A stretch of 64,000 bases of DNA from Octopus vulgaris (lineage: Eukaryota). The stretch lies in contig OX597814.1 in assembly GCA_951406725.2 (NCBI GenBank), forward strand, positions 21,080,001 through 21,144,000, in the 5' to 3' direction. Below, piece by piece: positions 33,730 through 46,900 of this stretch. The translations under genes were made by a program, and so were the position numbers. Under the pieces are notes generated by a model that made no database searches, was not told where the DNA came from, and saw only the letters and a program-made list of their open reading frames with translations. Position 1 is the stretch's first letter. Every line of letters begins with the position of its first letter.

Positions 33730-34396
33730 GTGCGTGTGGAAAATAGGAAATGTTCTTACAATCTCTTTTATTTTATTTTCGATCTGTTTTACAGATCTGT
33801 GAAAGGATTGTTTTGCTAATGTTTCAGCTATTTTACTTTAAGCATTAGCTTCATTATGGTGAGTGTACCAAGCGTTTATCAGTGCAGTGATTTCATTATC
33901 AACCCAGTGGCCTTTTTGAATATCATTGGCCATATTCAGTGGGGCAGTATTATACACTGTACGTCAGTTATTGATGGCTTGATGTATAATAGTGAATACA
34001 CCGTTGAAAAGTTTGTGTCAATATATTCGGAAATGCGTGGCTATATCTGAGTGTGTGTGGGAGAGTTCAGTGTATTTAGTACAAATCAGGATGAGCGGTG
34101 TGTTTAATACAGATCAAGAGAAAAGAATTGTACTCACGGGACTAGTTTTAGAACTAGTCTTGGGTTTAGTTTTGGTTTATCTTTCTTTCTCCAGGTTGTA
34201 TATAGATTTGTATAAATTTTTCCTCCGATGGTAGTAAAAGAGTAGAAAAGTAGAATTGTAGAATTCAAAAGTTCTGGGACTCAAAATAAGGAGAGTTTCT
34301 GCTGGCTTGAGTTGAAATATGCTTCTTTGGCTAATGACTTGACCGGAGCTATGAAAAGTACGTCTTGTCACGACGAATGCCCAGCTTATCCATCAT

Positions 34397-34612
34397 TAAG
34401 CAACATGATATCAAGAGATGATGCAGTACGACCGTTTCAAGCGGCTCCATTTAATTGAACAATGCAATCATTACATCAATTTAAATGCATTTTTAATCAG
34501 CCGGACACATTAATATTTAAATATTTAAATTGATACAATGATTACATTGTTCAATTAAATGGGGCCACTTGAAACGATCGTACTGTATCACCTCTCGATA
34601 TCCTGTAGCTTA
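34397..34612. repeat. Imperfect long inverted repeat (~92-bp arms)
   Basis: taagcaacatgatatc...atcaatttaaat versus atttaaattgat...gatatcctgtagctta. Confidence 0.9.
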
Positions 34613-34734
34613 TTTTGATTTTATTCATCTTACATTGAGTTGTACGGATAATACCGCACTGATTTGATGCTTAAACTTAAGTAACTAATTCAAATGAATC
34701 TCAATAATATATATATATATATATATATATCCAT

Positions 34735-34769
<35 letters not shown>

Positions 34770-35209
34770 TATATATACAGGCATAAAGCTGAAAATTTCA
34801 GACCTAGAGTTTAGTAGTGAGTTAGGGATAGAATCTTAGATCTGAGAAGGATCTGTGCTCTTTCAGCTAAATATAGTTTACAGCGGTTGTAAACATATGT
34901 CTAAGTACATTTGGAAGAATTGGGAAATTCCGCCTATACGTGATTAACTTGTTGATATCTTTCCAGCCTTATAGTTTAAGGACTAAGGGAGATAGCTCTT
35001 TTACCTCTTTTTTACTTTTTACTTTTTCGTTTTCCGTTTTTTAACCTTGCATGTTTTCCATATGCTTCCTCCTCAACTTTTCGTGTATCTGCACTCATTT
35101 AAATTTTAGTTCATTCTGACATGTGATTTGTGCCTGATGAATCTGTTTCAAGTATTTCATCACATATAAAACTATTAGTAGCACATACAAACATGTATTG
35201 TGTCTATTA

Positions 35210-35269
<60 letters not shown>

Positions 35270-35275
35270 GTATAT

Positions 35276-35526
35276 ATATATAAATTAGAAAAAAACACCT
35301 TTTATCAATTCAACAATGAAAAATTAAATTATACTATTTAGAAAAATTACATATTTATAAAAAGATTAAATACAAGATAAAACATATAACAATGATTAAG
35401 TAATGTGCAGAATAATAAATAAAACGTACGTTTTATCTTATATTTAATCTTTCTATAATATGTAATTTTTCTAAATGGTATAATTTAATGTTTCATTATT
35501 GAATTGATTTTTTTCTAATTTATATA
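35276..35526. repeat. AT-rich foldback (~100-bp arms) flanked by (TA)n
   Basis: taaattagaaaaaaa...caagataaaac versus gttttatctt...ttttctaattta. Confidence 0.85.
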
Positions 35527-35610
35527 TATATATATATAATATATTTTGTGAAATTTGATTGAGTATTTCTAAACTGAATTTTTCCCTGTAAGTTTGGAAT
35601 AATATTCCCT

Positions 35611-35631
35611 CATATTATATATATATATATA

Positions 35632-35680
<49 letters not shown>

Positions 35681-35721
35681 ATATATACGTGTGTGTATAT
35701 ACATACATATTATATACATAC

Positions 35722-35764
<43 letters not shown>

Positions 35765-35845
35765 ACCTACATATGCATGTGCGTATACACACACATACGT
35801 ATACCCACACACATGCATGGACGGACGCACTCACACACACACACA

Positions 35846-35878
<33 letters not shown>

Positions 35879-35899
35879 CTCTCTCTCTATATATATATA

Positions 35900-35984
<85 letters not shown>

Positions 35985-35992
35985 TCATATAT
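35611..35992. repeat. Compound microsatellite (TA, CA, TATC, TC)
   Basis: Directly visible; source of the spurious Y/I-rich ORFs. Confidence 0.95.
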
Positions 35993-36914
35993 AATTTTAC
36001 TATATAAGTCGTCGGCAAGGCTTATATGATAAAATTACTTAAAAATGTTCTGTGAGCTTGCTGTGGGAGGGTGGAAAATCGAAAGTTTCGGAGAGAGACA
36101 TTCTTCAAGGAAAAGTTGAAAGGAGAGAAATTAACGGGAGGCAGTAGAATATGTATATACGGGCGTACCTATGTATGTACGTTTGCGTTTGTGTACATGC
36201 ATAAATATGTATGGATATTCCTTTTTATCAAAAACATATACCAAACACCACACATTGTTTACAAAACACAATGTCACTGCCAAACACGTTATCTTCTAGA
36301 CAGCGTGTTTACTCTAATTTTAATTACAACTAAACATATTGCGCCAAAGAAAGAGTCTTTATGTGGTCTCTCGATGTACAACAAATAGCAATCAAATTTT
36401 CTTCCTGTACTAGAAGGTAAATGACTGTGAAAATAGGGTCAAAGATGTACACTGTATTAAAACAAAGAAGGTGGGACGGACATGACACTAATGCATTCTA
36501 CCATAGATCCAATTGATCAAGACTGACGCAGAGTTAAACAATAACATGAATAAAGCACGAAATTTGTTGAAATCTACAGAAACGTTTTCCCCTTCTAATA
36601 TGTAAGAAGATTAACTAAGTAAAATTTTATGTTGAGAACGTGATAAGACTTCGATTCTAATTTCTTTTCATTTATGCAACTATTCTCTTCTCCGTCTTAA
36701 ACAGTTCAACATAGTAATTTCCCTTTCCTGAGGCCTTATGTTTAATTAAATTGAATCAATATTTGCTGTGAATAATTGAGAATTCTAATTTTTATGAATT
36801 TTCGCTTTAAGTATATAAATGAAAACAAACCGAATTAATTAATTTTCATATGATAAATGTATTCAAGATAATTGGAAAAAAAGATACTTGTGTAACAAAA
36901 ATTGACTATATATA

Positions 36915-37215
36915 CAATCATGAGGTTGTGAGCTCGAATCCCGGACCGGGCTGCGTGTTGTGTTCTTGAGCAAGACACTTTATTTCACGTTGCTTCAGTT
37001 CACTCAGCTGTAGAAATGAGTTGCGACGTCACAGGTGCCAAGCTGTATCGGCCCTTGCCTTTTCCTTGAATAACATCGGTGACGTGGAGAGGGGAGACCG
37101 GTATGCATGGGCGACTGCTGGTCTTCCATAAAAAAAACAACCTTGCCCAGACTTGTGCCTCAGAGAGTAACTCTCTAGGTGCAAACCCATGGTCGGTGTC
37201 TGACCGAAGGGGGTA
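36915..37215 (+). mobile_element. 5'-truncated tRNA-derived SINE sharing the family C core but with a different tail
   Basis: gagctcgaatcccg B box, gtgttgtgttcttgagcaagacactttatttcacgttgc shared with 17926-18246. Confidence 0.75.
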
Positions 37216-37301
37216 AAAAAAAATATATACATATATATAAATATATATATTAAACTAGATAGATAAGCAGACGTTTGAAGGATGTATATATATATATATA
37301 T

Positions 37302-37369
<68 letters not shown>

Positions 37370-38699
37370 AATGCAGGGAAATTTAGCTAGAAAGCTTAAC
37401 ACAGAAGAAAATAGAAAACATAGTTAATGTATAATAAGAATAACAATAATTGGCTTCATCAAATTTTTTTTAATATCATAACTCATGATCCATACAGTTT
37501 CATTTGAAACGTTATATCATATACAACCAGCCATTAATCCATTAATTATTAAAGTTTAATTTCTGCTCCAGCTGTCTTTTGAAGGATTAGTGAGTTAATC
37601 AGAGGTTAAATCCTATATAAATGCTGTTGGGAAAATAATTCGAAACTGTGGCCGGTTGATACTAAATATTGAGGTGGCGCCTATTGTTGTTGTTGCTTTT
37701 TTTTTTTTCCAAGTTCGGTTTCATAAAACAATCATCAATCTCATTAATATGCATAATTCTATATGACGTTGATTTACAGTAAATGTCTCCTTCAGAAAGC
37801 AGTATATACAAGAAAATATTTCCGTTATATAAAATCTTAAGAGACTGAGCCATCGAGATTCATGTGCTTTGGTCACTGGTTCAGAGCTGTACCAAAGATA
37901 GGCTACTAATCGTTGAACAACTCAGTTGGTATTTAGACTCCGTACCGACTCAACTAGTTGCAACACTGTTTATAAAATACCCTGACAGAGTTGAAAGAAA
38001 CTTTTTCAAGTGTGACAACCTCAAAAAATGAAAAAATAAGAAATCAGATAAAGCAATTAAAAGGTTAACAGAAAACCAGTCAGAGAGAGTGGAGCTGGTG
38101 GTGAAAATATATAGATATATTTATCAAAACAGTTTGCAATTATTTAGAAGTATTGAAGACAAACACCCCGAAATGAAAATTGTAAATAGATTTCCAAGTG
38201 AGTGATAAGTCAAGCCAATATAAACACACGTCTATGATTGATGTTTTCGGGGTTATATAAAGTAAATTACCCCAAACAACCTCCCAGTCATGATCTCTGC
38301 GGATGAAGTATAATCAGATAGAATAATTCTATCGTCTGTTATTTATACTGAGTAACAAATGTCAAATACATTATAGCTTTAATAATAATTTCTTGTCTTG
38401 ATCGGGTTAGCTACATAGGTGTAGCTACGTGCGATATAATTATTGCCAACTAACAAAGCCACCCGATGATTTGAAGTTGAATAGTTAATTAAACCCCATT
38501 AATGAGTTGCGTGGTGACGGAATTGATCAAAGAAACAACTCGAATTGGCAAGAACAGATATTTCTAAAGTTATTTACTTGGAAATTTTTATTTTAGATTC
38601 GCACACTTAATTTATCCAAAAAGCAAGGAATTTCTTAAAAATGTCAAAAATAATAACAGAAATTAATTGAACTATTTTTGTGGTTCTGTTATAAGCAAG

Positions 38700-40520
38700 T
38701 AATTGTAATTTTTGTTGTTGGTACTGTTAATATGATATTCAAATGCGAAGTACAGTTCTCATGACCTTTGTATTCCCGCCTCTGATTAGAAGGATCAATG
38801 CGGTTGATATTCAGGTTTTTTTTCTATCTGTAGGTCGATGTATGTAAGAACAAGTAGGAAACTATAAAATGTTGCAGGAAATAATAAAAAGTTGCAGAGA
38901 AGTAATTGGGTGAAGTATTTAGTGCAGAATCTGGGAATGCAACACAGTCAGGGTCACGTAATGATAAGAATTAGTCGGATAGCCCTGATTGGAGGAGTAA
39001 TGCAATTAGATAGTTTAGAGAAGTAGCATCGGGTTATACGAGAGGTGTAACAGTTAGTGAGATGAAACAACACACCATCTGTAAAATCTGATTATTGTTT
39101 CTGAATGAATCAGATGTATTTAGTTAAAATGGCTTTCATTTGAATGGTGGATAGGATCTTAGTGTGTATATAAGTGGTAATCCGATGTTGTTTTTACTTA
39201 ACCTTTGTAGAATTCAGTTAGCTGACAATGTCTAAATATTTCTTGACTCAAAAGAGGAACCATTGTCAAATTAGGTGTGTGTACTGAAGGAAATCTGTCG
39301 AGTTTCACATCAGATGATAGGAGTTCACTAAAGTTGATAGAGTCTAGATGGACACATGCTGTGATTATGCAGTTTATAAGAAATTCGTTCCAAGAGGTGA
39401 GCGATGGAAAGTCCTCGTCAAGTTGCCTAGTTACAAGCAACTTTTCTCCAAGATTGAGGTTTATTACTGAAGACAAAGGGATTAAGGAATTTGGCTAAGG
39501 TAGAAATTTGCATTGACGTATAAACGCTGGGTATGTTAATTAGGAGCGATTACAACAGCTTTCATATAAGGTTACTGTTTGTAGGTTAAAATGAAAATGG
39601 ACGTATTGAAGATTAGTAAATTGTGAAGGGATTTGGGAGGAGTTAGAAAAGTGAAACGTGATTGCTGATGACAGAACTTGATTAAGAAATGATGAGGATG
39701 AGGGTTTGTCAATGCTGGTAGAACACATTGCAGCCATTTTTAGGTGGGCTGACCGTGAGATGCACGAAAGTTTTTTTCTTTGCATTTGTATAGGCTTTGA
39801 TAGATAAAAGTGTCCAAGATGATGCTGACAAAGTGGTAGTGTTATAGAAGGCTTGTGGGATTTAGTTGTGATTGTGTGAGTGATCTAATTGAACTAGGAA
39901 GATTGATTTTGTCCACCTCTTAGATTCTCAGATATATAGAACACATTTTCGGCCATAGCTATTCAGCATAAAGCTAATGGGGATTCAGTCTGTGAGGTAA
40001 ATTGATGTAGAACAGAGATAGAAGTTAGGGTCGTATGCAGTAGGATAATATCAAGTGCCTTGCCTCAAAGATGAGATCATTTGAAACTACAGAGACATCG
40101 ATGATTGAGTTTAGAATTAAACAGTTCTCAAGGATATTTAGAATGATTACAGAAACAAGAAGAGCAGTTATGTACTCTAAAACCACTGAAAATGAGTACT
40201 TCAGAATGAAGTCATGTGAGATTGATGCTTTAATGCGAGTCGTAAACTAACCCCGCAAAAATCTAAGTGTTGGTAATCGAAAGAATTTGTAAGAAAAAGA
40301 AATACCAGATGATCTTAGAGGAATAGTGGATGGAAATTTTGAGGTAAAGTAGCTGGAATGAAATCAAGATAATATACATGAGTGATGAAATGAATGGATT
40401 CTCCTTACACCGATGGTACCAAATTTCAGAACAAAGCCAGAATCTAGAGGGTAGCCGGGACAGTGAGTGAGAAAAACGTGTCTTAGAGAGGAATGTGTAT
40501 TTTTGTGTCATGTTTATTCT
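38700..40520 (-). mobile_element. Old, heavily decayed LINE (CR1/Jockey-group-like) relic
   Basis: Fragments reminiscent of an APE start near 40500 and an ORF2 C-terminus near 38900-39200; many stops. Confidence 0.4.
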
Positions 40521-41090
40521 ATTAATTTTTCATGTCTAATTTTAATTGTTTTTTTTATTGTTTGGTCACTGGGTCTTCGTGAAAACTGGCAAGTTCATAA
40601 ATTCAACGTAGTATAGAAATTTGAAAATTAAGAAACATTTTCTCAATGAAAATTATCTGTGTAGTAGTAGTCTTTCATAGTATTGCATTTTCAGTTTTCA
40701 TTCTATTTAAACGCTCAAGTTGTGGTCCTTAAAAATACTGCAGTCAAAATACAGGAATAATTTTTTTTATTTGTCGCTTGAACTATTTTTAATAAATGAT
40801 TTAAATTACATGCAATCAGATACAATCTTCAGAAGTTCTGGAAAAGTGTTGCGTTTCTTTGACTTTGTCCTGGGTTTTGGCCGCCCTGTATGATAACCAA
40901 ATTAGATGTCCTCTTCCTTAATCGTAACATACCTTCAACAAGAACAACAATACATATATATACAGTGGTCACCTTGTGCGATCTGCATACCCCGTTTACC
41001 CAGTTGCCAAGTGTGGAGGGAGGTGGTTCAAACAAAAAGATACAAAGACACACACACATGCATGCATGCATGCATGCATACATACATACA

Positions 41091-41166
<76 letters not shown>

Positions 41167-43252
41167 GAGTTTCTTTCAGTTTCCGTCTACTAAATCCATA
41201 TTTTATCTGAGATTATTCTGTCTTTTTGTTTATCGAGGTGTACATTATCTACTGTGTCTATTTTTAAAGACAGTAGTATGCTTCCTTTAAAAATATTGGC
41301 TACTATGTTTAGCAGGTCGAATGACAAGTTTGAGGTTCCTATGTTGGTTTTGCTGGTTATTTATTGTTGTTACAGTCATAAGTACTTCTCTGTATGTTCA
41401 CTAGATTGTTGATGCGGTCGGTCAATATTATTTAAGAAACAAATTTTTCTAGCAATTGTTCAGATTGGTGTTGGCTTACAATAGTTAACCTGTTTGTGTT
41501 TGCTTTCTTGGCAATAGATTTCTATATCTATTAGTAGTGGATTCCTATTCCTCTAATTTCTTATTCAAGAGATAAAGCAGACCAGCGATTTAAATTAAAT
41601 CTTACATCATTGAGCAAACTATTAAAATGTAACATTTTTAAATGACATTTTCCAACAGACACCTATGTATGTTCTAAAATAGCTAAAGCGTAATTAATTA
41701 TACCCAGTTCCGGAGAATTTCGTGCTTCTGTTGTCGTCATTGCGAAAATCATTAGCAAACATCCTTGCTACTAGCTTAACAATAATTAGTTTACCTGGAC
41801 AGTAGAACGTGCGAAATTCGTAATGAAAGCATTACAGATAATGGCTTAAATTACCTGCAGTTGGCTACACAATTTATGTAGGAACCTTTATTACTAAACC
41901 ACGGGTATTAATAATGTTTTTATTCACTAGACCATCGATGTACAAATAATTATTGTTGCAATATAATGTTATTTAACATTACCTGTTAATAATGGCGGCC
42001 ACAATGAACTAATATCAGCGCTAAGCTTACTCACTGAGCTAACAACAACCGTCATGTGCACTGCTTCTTTGATTTCATTCTGGTCTTCTATCAAATATGG
42101 ACTTTTCATTCCATAGCAATATATGCTTTTCTGTTTCGTATCATCTGTTCAGCATTCATGATAGCAGTTCGATTTAGCATTAAAGTCTTTGTTTATTCTG
42201 AACCGCCTAAAGTCGTTTTATTCTTTTATTATTTTTCCTGATTTCTGTCATTGGCTGCGGTCATGCTGTGGCACCACATTCTACGCTTTAGTCGATTCCA
42301 GTCTGTTACTTATTTTATCAGAACAATATTTATTAAATCGGTAAGTTATGCTTTTTGACACAAAGTACACGAGAGTAGCAAGCAGACACTCACACATACA
42401 CCCACACGCACATACACACACACATACGCATACACATACACACACACATACAAACTAGCAAACAAACATACACACAGGCTCACTAACATACACGTATACA
42501 CATATATACACATAAGGTGGAGTCGGCAGAGTCACAGATAGTTTGCTTTGCAGCAATTGTTTCCGACTCTCTACAGCCTGAGTTCAAATCCCAGCGAGGT
42601 CAATTTGCTGTTCATTCTTTCGGGGTCAATAGATAAAATACCAGTTCTATACTCGAATCAATTCTTCTAAATCACTCACTCTTTCTTTCTGGCCGCCTAT
42701 CTTTCTTTCTCCTAGAAACTGATTGTAGTGGGACCTGAGACGAATATACTCCCTCAGTTCTAAAAACGCCGAAAACATGCCGTATAATGTATTGTTACCC
42801 CCACGTTTCTATCAAGGTACGCGCGCTCGCAAATGCAATGGCTTACTGTACAGTTCCAATGTAACTGTTTCATTTCACGTATGAAGGCTAACAAGAAGCT
42901 ATAGCACGAGTTATTGTTTAAAGTGGGATCTAATGCGGAAACAGGTAGTTGTAAAGGCAACATTTGTACCATAAAGCTATGTCCGCGTCTTTAAAATAAC
43001 TTACATATATGCATGCAAAATACAACTTGTACGCTTTTTGCATCTCTTTGTTTCTGTTTTGCTTTGGTAGTGCTTTTGTAACGGGTAATTTTCAGACAGT
43101 TTTGCATAATCGCTGAACTTTTTCAGATAGAGTAGAATCTCAGTGGGTTTTGTTAAAACCGTTACATTCTGCTTCTGAATAACAGTGGATTATATAGAAA
43201 GGTTCGATTTCAGGAATGTGTTTTAGGTTATTCATTTCTTGTTTATAAGCTA

Positions 43253-43639
43253 ACTAGCAGTATCGCCCGGCGTTGCTCAGGTTTGTAAGGGAAATAACTA
43301 TAAAGCATTTTTAGAGAGTTATAGCTAAAAAATAGCAAAAAAATGGAAAAAAATGATGGTAAATTTTTTTTTGAGATTAAAAAAAGGTGGAGTTGCGTCC
43401 CCTAGACAGTTTGTGGTTCCTGTTTCTGATTCTCGACCCCATGTCGAATTTATCGATTTTTTTCAGAACTGGGGAAACTTTTCAAAATTTTCGCTGCGTT
43501 AGTTTTGAATTATGACATTGGGCTATGTGTGTGTCAAGTTTCATCAGAATCGGTTGAAAGCCGTGGTCAGGGTGAGGGTACAAGCAAACAGACACACAGA
43601 AACACGCACAGACAAACTGCCGTTTATATAGAGAGAGAT
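43253..43639 (+). mobile_element. Non-autonomous Helitron/Helentron-like (HINE/Lep1-type) element
   Basis: 5' ACTAGC..GCCCGGCGTTGCTCAGG hairpin, subterminal ACAG/AC microsatellite, 3' TTTATATAGAGAGAGAT. Confidence 0.7.
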
Positions 43640-44546
43640 TTAACAGAATTTATAGAATTAATACCGAGCCATTTACAAAGCGACACCATCTGCGTGAAAA
43701 ACAGTAGTTATGTTAAATCTCGAAGTAATTCCAGTTTTCTAAGTTACCCTGTGTACATTTTCGTACATTTATTTATAATTCTTCTACTACTATTTTATCA
43801 ATTGCAATAGAGTTCATAATTGCTGATGAGGTCATAATAACACCGAAACCACCCCATCGCTTCCAGAAAAATAATTATATTAATCAAAGGCCGATATAGT
43901 TTATTTTTCCTTAACGCATTATTATTCATCGTTAGCTTCTTGATTATCTTTGCATTAAATAAGCTACCACAGAATATCTAATTGCTAAAGAACATACTAA
44001 TCTTGTCATGCTAAATGACCTGCCTTGATTTGATTAACCTATTTACAACGGACGAAGTATTGTCAGTTGTCAGAATTAGAGAAAAACAGGCCAAATACAC
44101 CATCAACGGGTAAACATACCAACTAATAAAATAAGGACATGTTGTATGTGCAGCATGTCCTCGGTGTCATCAGTTGGTATCTTCGTGTTATGCAACGTTT
44201 TTATGCGACATGATTCATAAGTACTGTTGACTTCGAGATCAAGAAGTAAATTCACCCAAAAGGGAAAAAGGTTATTTATCTATCCACCATTATCAGTACA
44301 AATGGATAGCATTTGTATGGAATATTTCGAAGACTTAAGATAGTACAGTACTGAAACCGGAACGTATATTCATATCTTTGTATAATGTTTTAGGCCCTGC
44401 TTTACATATCATAGTGAAAGCATGGTAAATGTTACCAAATCACACCCGTGGTCGTATTTTGTTTTACGTATTAATGATATTAAAGTTTCTATATAACCAT
44501 GAGGTGTTGTGCCTATGATATCATTATAGCAATTTAGAACGCAGGA

Positions 44547-44776
44547 GGGCGAGCTGGCAGAATCATTAGCACGCCGGGCGAAATGCCTAACGGTATTTCG
44601 TCTGCCGCTACGTTCTGAGTTCAAATTCCGCCGAGGTCGACTTTGCTTTCATCCTTTCGGGGTCGATTAAATAAGTACCAGTTACGCATTGGGGTCGATA
44701 TAATCGACTTAATCCCTTTGTCTGTCCTTGTTTGTTCACTCTATGTTTAGCCCCTTGCGGGTAGTAAAGAAATAGG
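44547..44776 (+). mobile_element. tRNA-derived SINE, family B (Deu/Nin-like core)
   Basis: gagctggcagaatc head, gagttcaaattcc B box, ctttcatcctttcggggtcgattaaataagtaccag core. Confidence 0.85.
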
Positions 44777-44889
44777 TATTTCGTTTGCCGCTACGTTATT
44801 CTACCGTTACATATTCAGAGAAACAACTTAAGGTTACTAGCAAAATTTAAATATAAAAGCACCCATCATTGGTCAGTTGTGAAGGTGTA

Positions 44890-45215
44890 TTGCTCGTACA
44901 CGATATTGCATGACCACATATTGATCAAGTCACTTCGTCTCATTCCTCTTTACTCCCCTGGCTTTGCTCCATTTAACTATCTTTTCAGATCATTGCAGTA
45001 ATTATTTACAAGGAAAACAGCTTATTACTTTTAGAAAGATTTTGAATGTTTCTTCATATCAAAATCTGAAGAATTTTACGCCCGAGGAATTGACAATTTG
45101 CTAGATAAATGGGATTATGTTATGAAAGACGGAGAAATATTATCTTGATTAGGTATATCAATTAAGATCAAAGAAGCATTTGTTTCTTTCCCACCATGAA
45201 ATGCAACCTGACATA
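44890..45215 (+). pseudogene. Mariner transposase C-terminal relic
   Basis: Degenerate YSPxxAPxxY and GIDNLLDKWDYV...GE motifs. Confidence 0.6.
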
Positions 45216-45759
45216 TGAAGGAAATAATTATTTACCAAAGTTAAAAGTACACAAACTTTGACACGTTTTTGTTTATTGCCAGCTAGCTCCGAATGAACGA
45301 CCCATGATTAAATGAAATAGTTGTAGCCAATTTAGTGAAGGAATGCAAACATCTCATGTATTAGCAACGTTTTCCAAAATAACATTAATAATTTGAACAG
45401 CAACACGAGAAAATAATTTTTAAAATAAAAACATAAGTGTAGACGCATGAGAAAACAACAACAGTAACAGACAATAATAACACTGTCAACAAAAGTGGAG
45501 GCCCTAACAGCAATAAAAATGATATGTGATGAAAAACCTTAATTGTACCAGCCAGTAACTTTACGCACACAAACTTAACATGATGGCGGAAATAATAGCG
45601 AAGAAACACAATCATCTGTCATGTGGAAGGCAGAAATCCAACCCCAAAAGGAAATATGTTAGGAGGTGGAGTGGAGAACTAAATAATATTTTATAATTAA
45701 GTAAAAATAAGTAGAACAACAGCAATGACCCATTTTCAAGGATTCAACGATTGAAGGAA

Positions 45760-46900
45760 GAAACAAAAAAAAAGGAGATGAAGGCCGGGGAGCTAAATCC
45801 TTGCAACAAAGTGGATATCCCTTAAATTATTGAAGCACCAAGTATTGGTATAAAACTAAATGAGGAACTTAAATCTACCACCTAAGTCAGGAATTGTCCC
45901 TCTAATGGAATTCTATATTGTGGACGTGCACTAAACTAAATTACACACTTTTGATCAATCCGAAGCTTAAGTAGAAGACACTCGTCCAAGATATTGCGCA
46001 GTGGGATTGAACCTGAAATTTCATGGTTACAAAGTAAGCATCTTAACCACACAGCTATACCTGCCCCTATTCATATGCATTTCCACTAAACAAAGCGTCC
46101 AGGAAATACGCATTGAAAAGACGTCTAAGGTATCAGTGAAACTGTCTGACCACACTTAAACCATGTGATATGGAACTTTCCTTTGAATTAGTTATTTTGT
46201 TCCATCATTAGCAACAGTAGACGGGAAATCCACTGTAAAATATGTAACAGAGTTCACAGCGTAGCTTCTCTACAAAAGTAAATGATTTCTGAAGGTGTAA
46301 GCAATATTAGCACCAGAAGTATACAGGGCCATTCCTAATAATCTCCTGATAAAATACTCTCGAGCGAACAATCTGAGACATGTGATGTGAAGAAGGAAAG
46401 GTTCGATATTCTTATATAGAGATGAAATATATTTAAAAGCTCCCTGTCCTAAAGATCCAACAACAATAACTAACATAATCTGAAATACTTTGAGACAAAC
46501 AGCCGGAATAAGAACATCTACAAAAGTAACAAGAACAACATGAAAATGTAGACTATTGTTGTTACTTCATAGCCGTCAGTTAGTCGCAATAAATTCACGA
46601 ATAAATTCACGATCGGCAGTGGCAGTGAATAAAGGGAACCTTTGTCGGCATCGACATAAAATTTGTAGAAGTACTATTAACTTTATTCGATGCTTCATTT
46701 GTAACACAATTTCGGCGAAAGACCCGACCTTAAAGATAGAAACGAAATCATACAATAAGATGGTCTACATACAACTCAGAATGACATGCCGGTTAACAGG
46801 GATGAATCTAAAAAAGATGTGACGAACTTCAGAAACAGGAAGTTGCGAAAAATGTCACTGGGCTGCAACAATTGTAGGGAGCATTTTCTTGGGATAGTAT
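45760..46900 (+). pseudogene. Possible Penelope-like C-terminal/GIY-YIG relic
   Basis: Fragments resembling SGYP..II, KYSRANNLRH and C..TINFIRCFIC; very decayed. Confidence 0.3.

Larger units (their letters stand above)
30062..34370 (-). mobile_element. Near full-length decayed CR1-group LINE, apparently 3'-truncated
   Basis: 5' UTR, ORF1 and APE-RT ORF2 are collinear; coding similarity stops abruptly near 30062 with no tail. Confidence 0.9.

Noticed and set aside
29836-34685. ACTTAAGTAAC as target-site duplication of the CR1-group LINE
   Set aside because: The copies lie 200-300 bp outside the apparent LINE ends in AT-rich repeat sequence; chance or host-element structure is more likely.
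35610-36029. ORFs rich in Y/I/H/T/C/V here and at 4414-4742, 14245-14578 and 40829-41290
   Set aside because: Translations of TA, CA and TACA microsatellites.
43810-43860. CTGATGA-GGT...ACC-GAAAC hammerhead-like core
   Set aside because: No convincing stem I or stem III with a correctly placed NUH triplet on either side.
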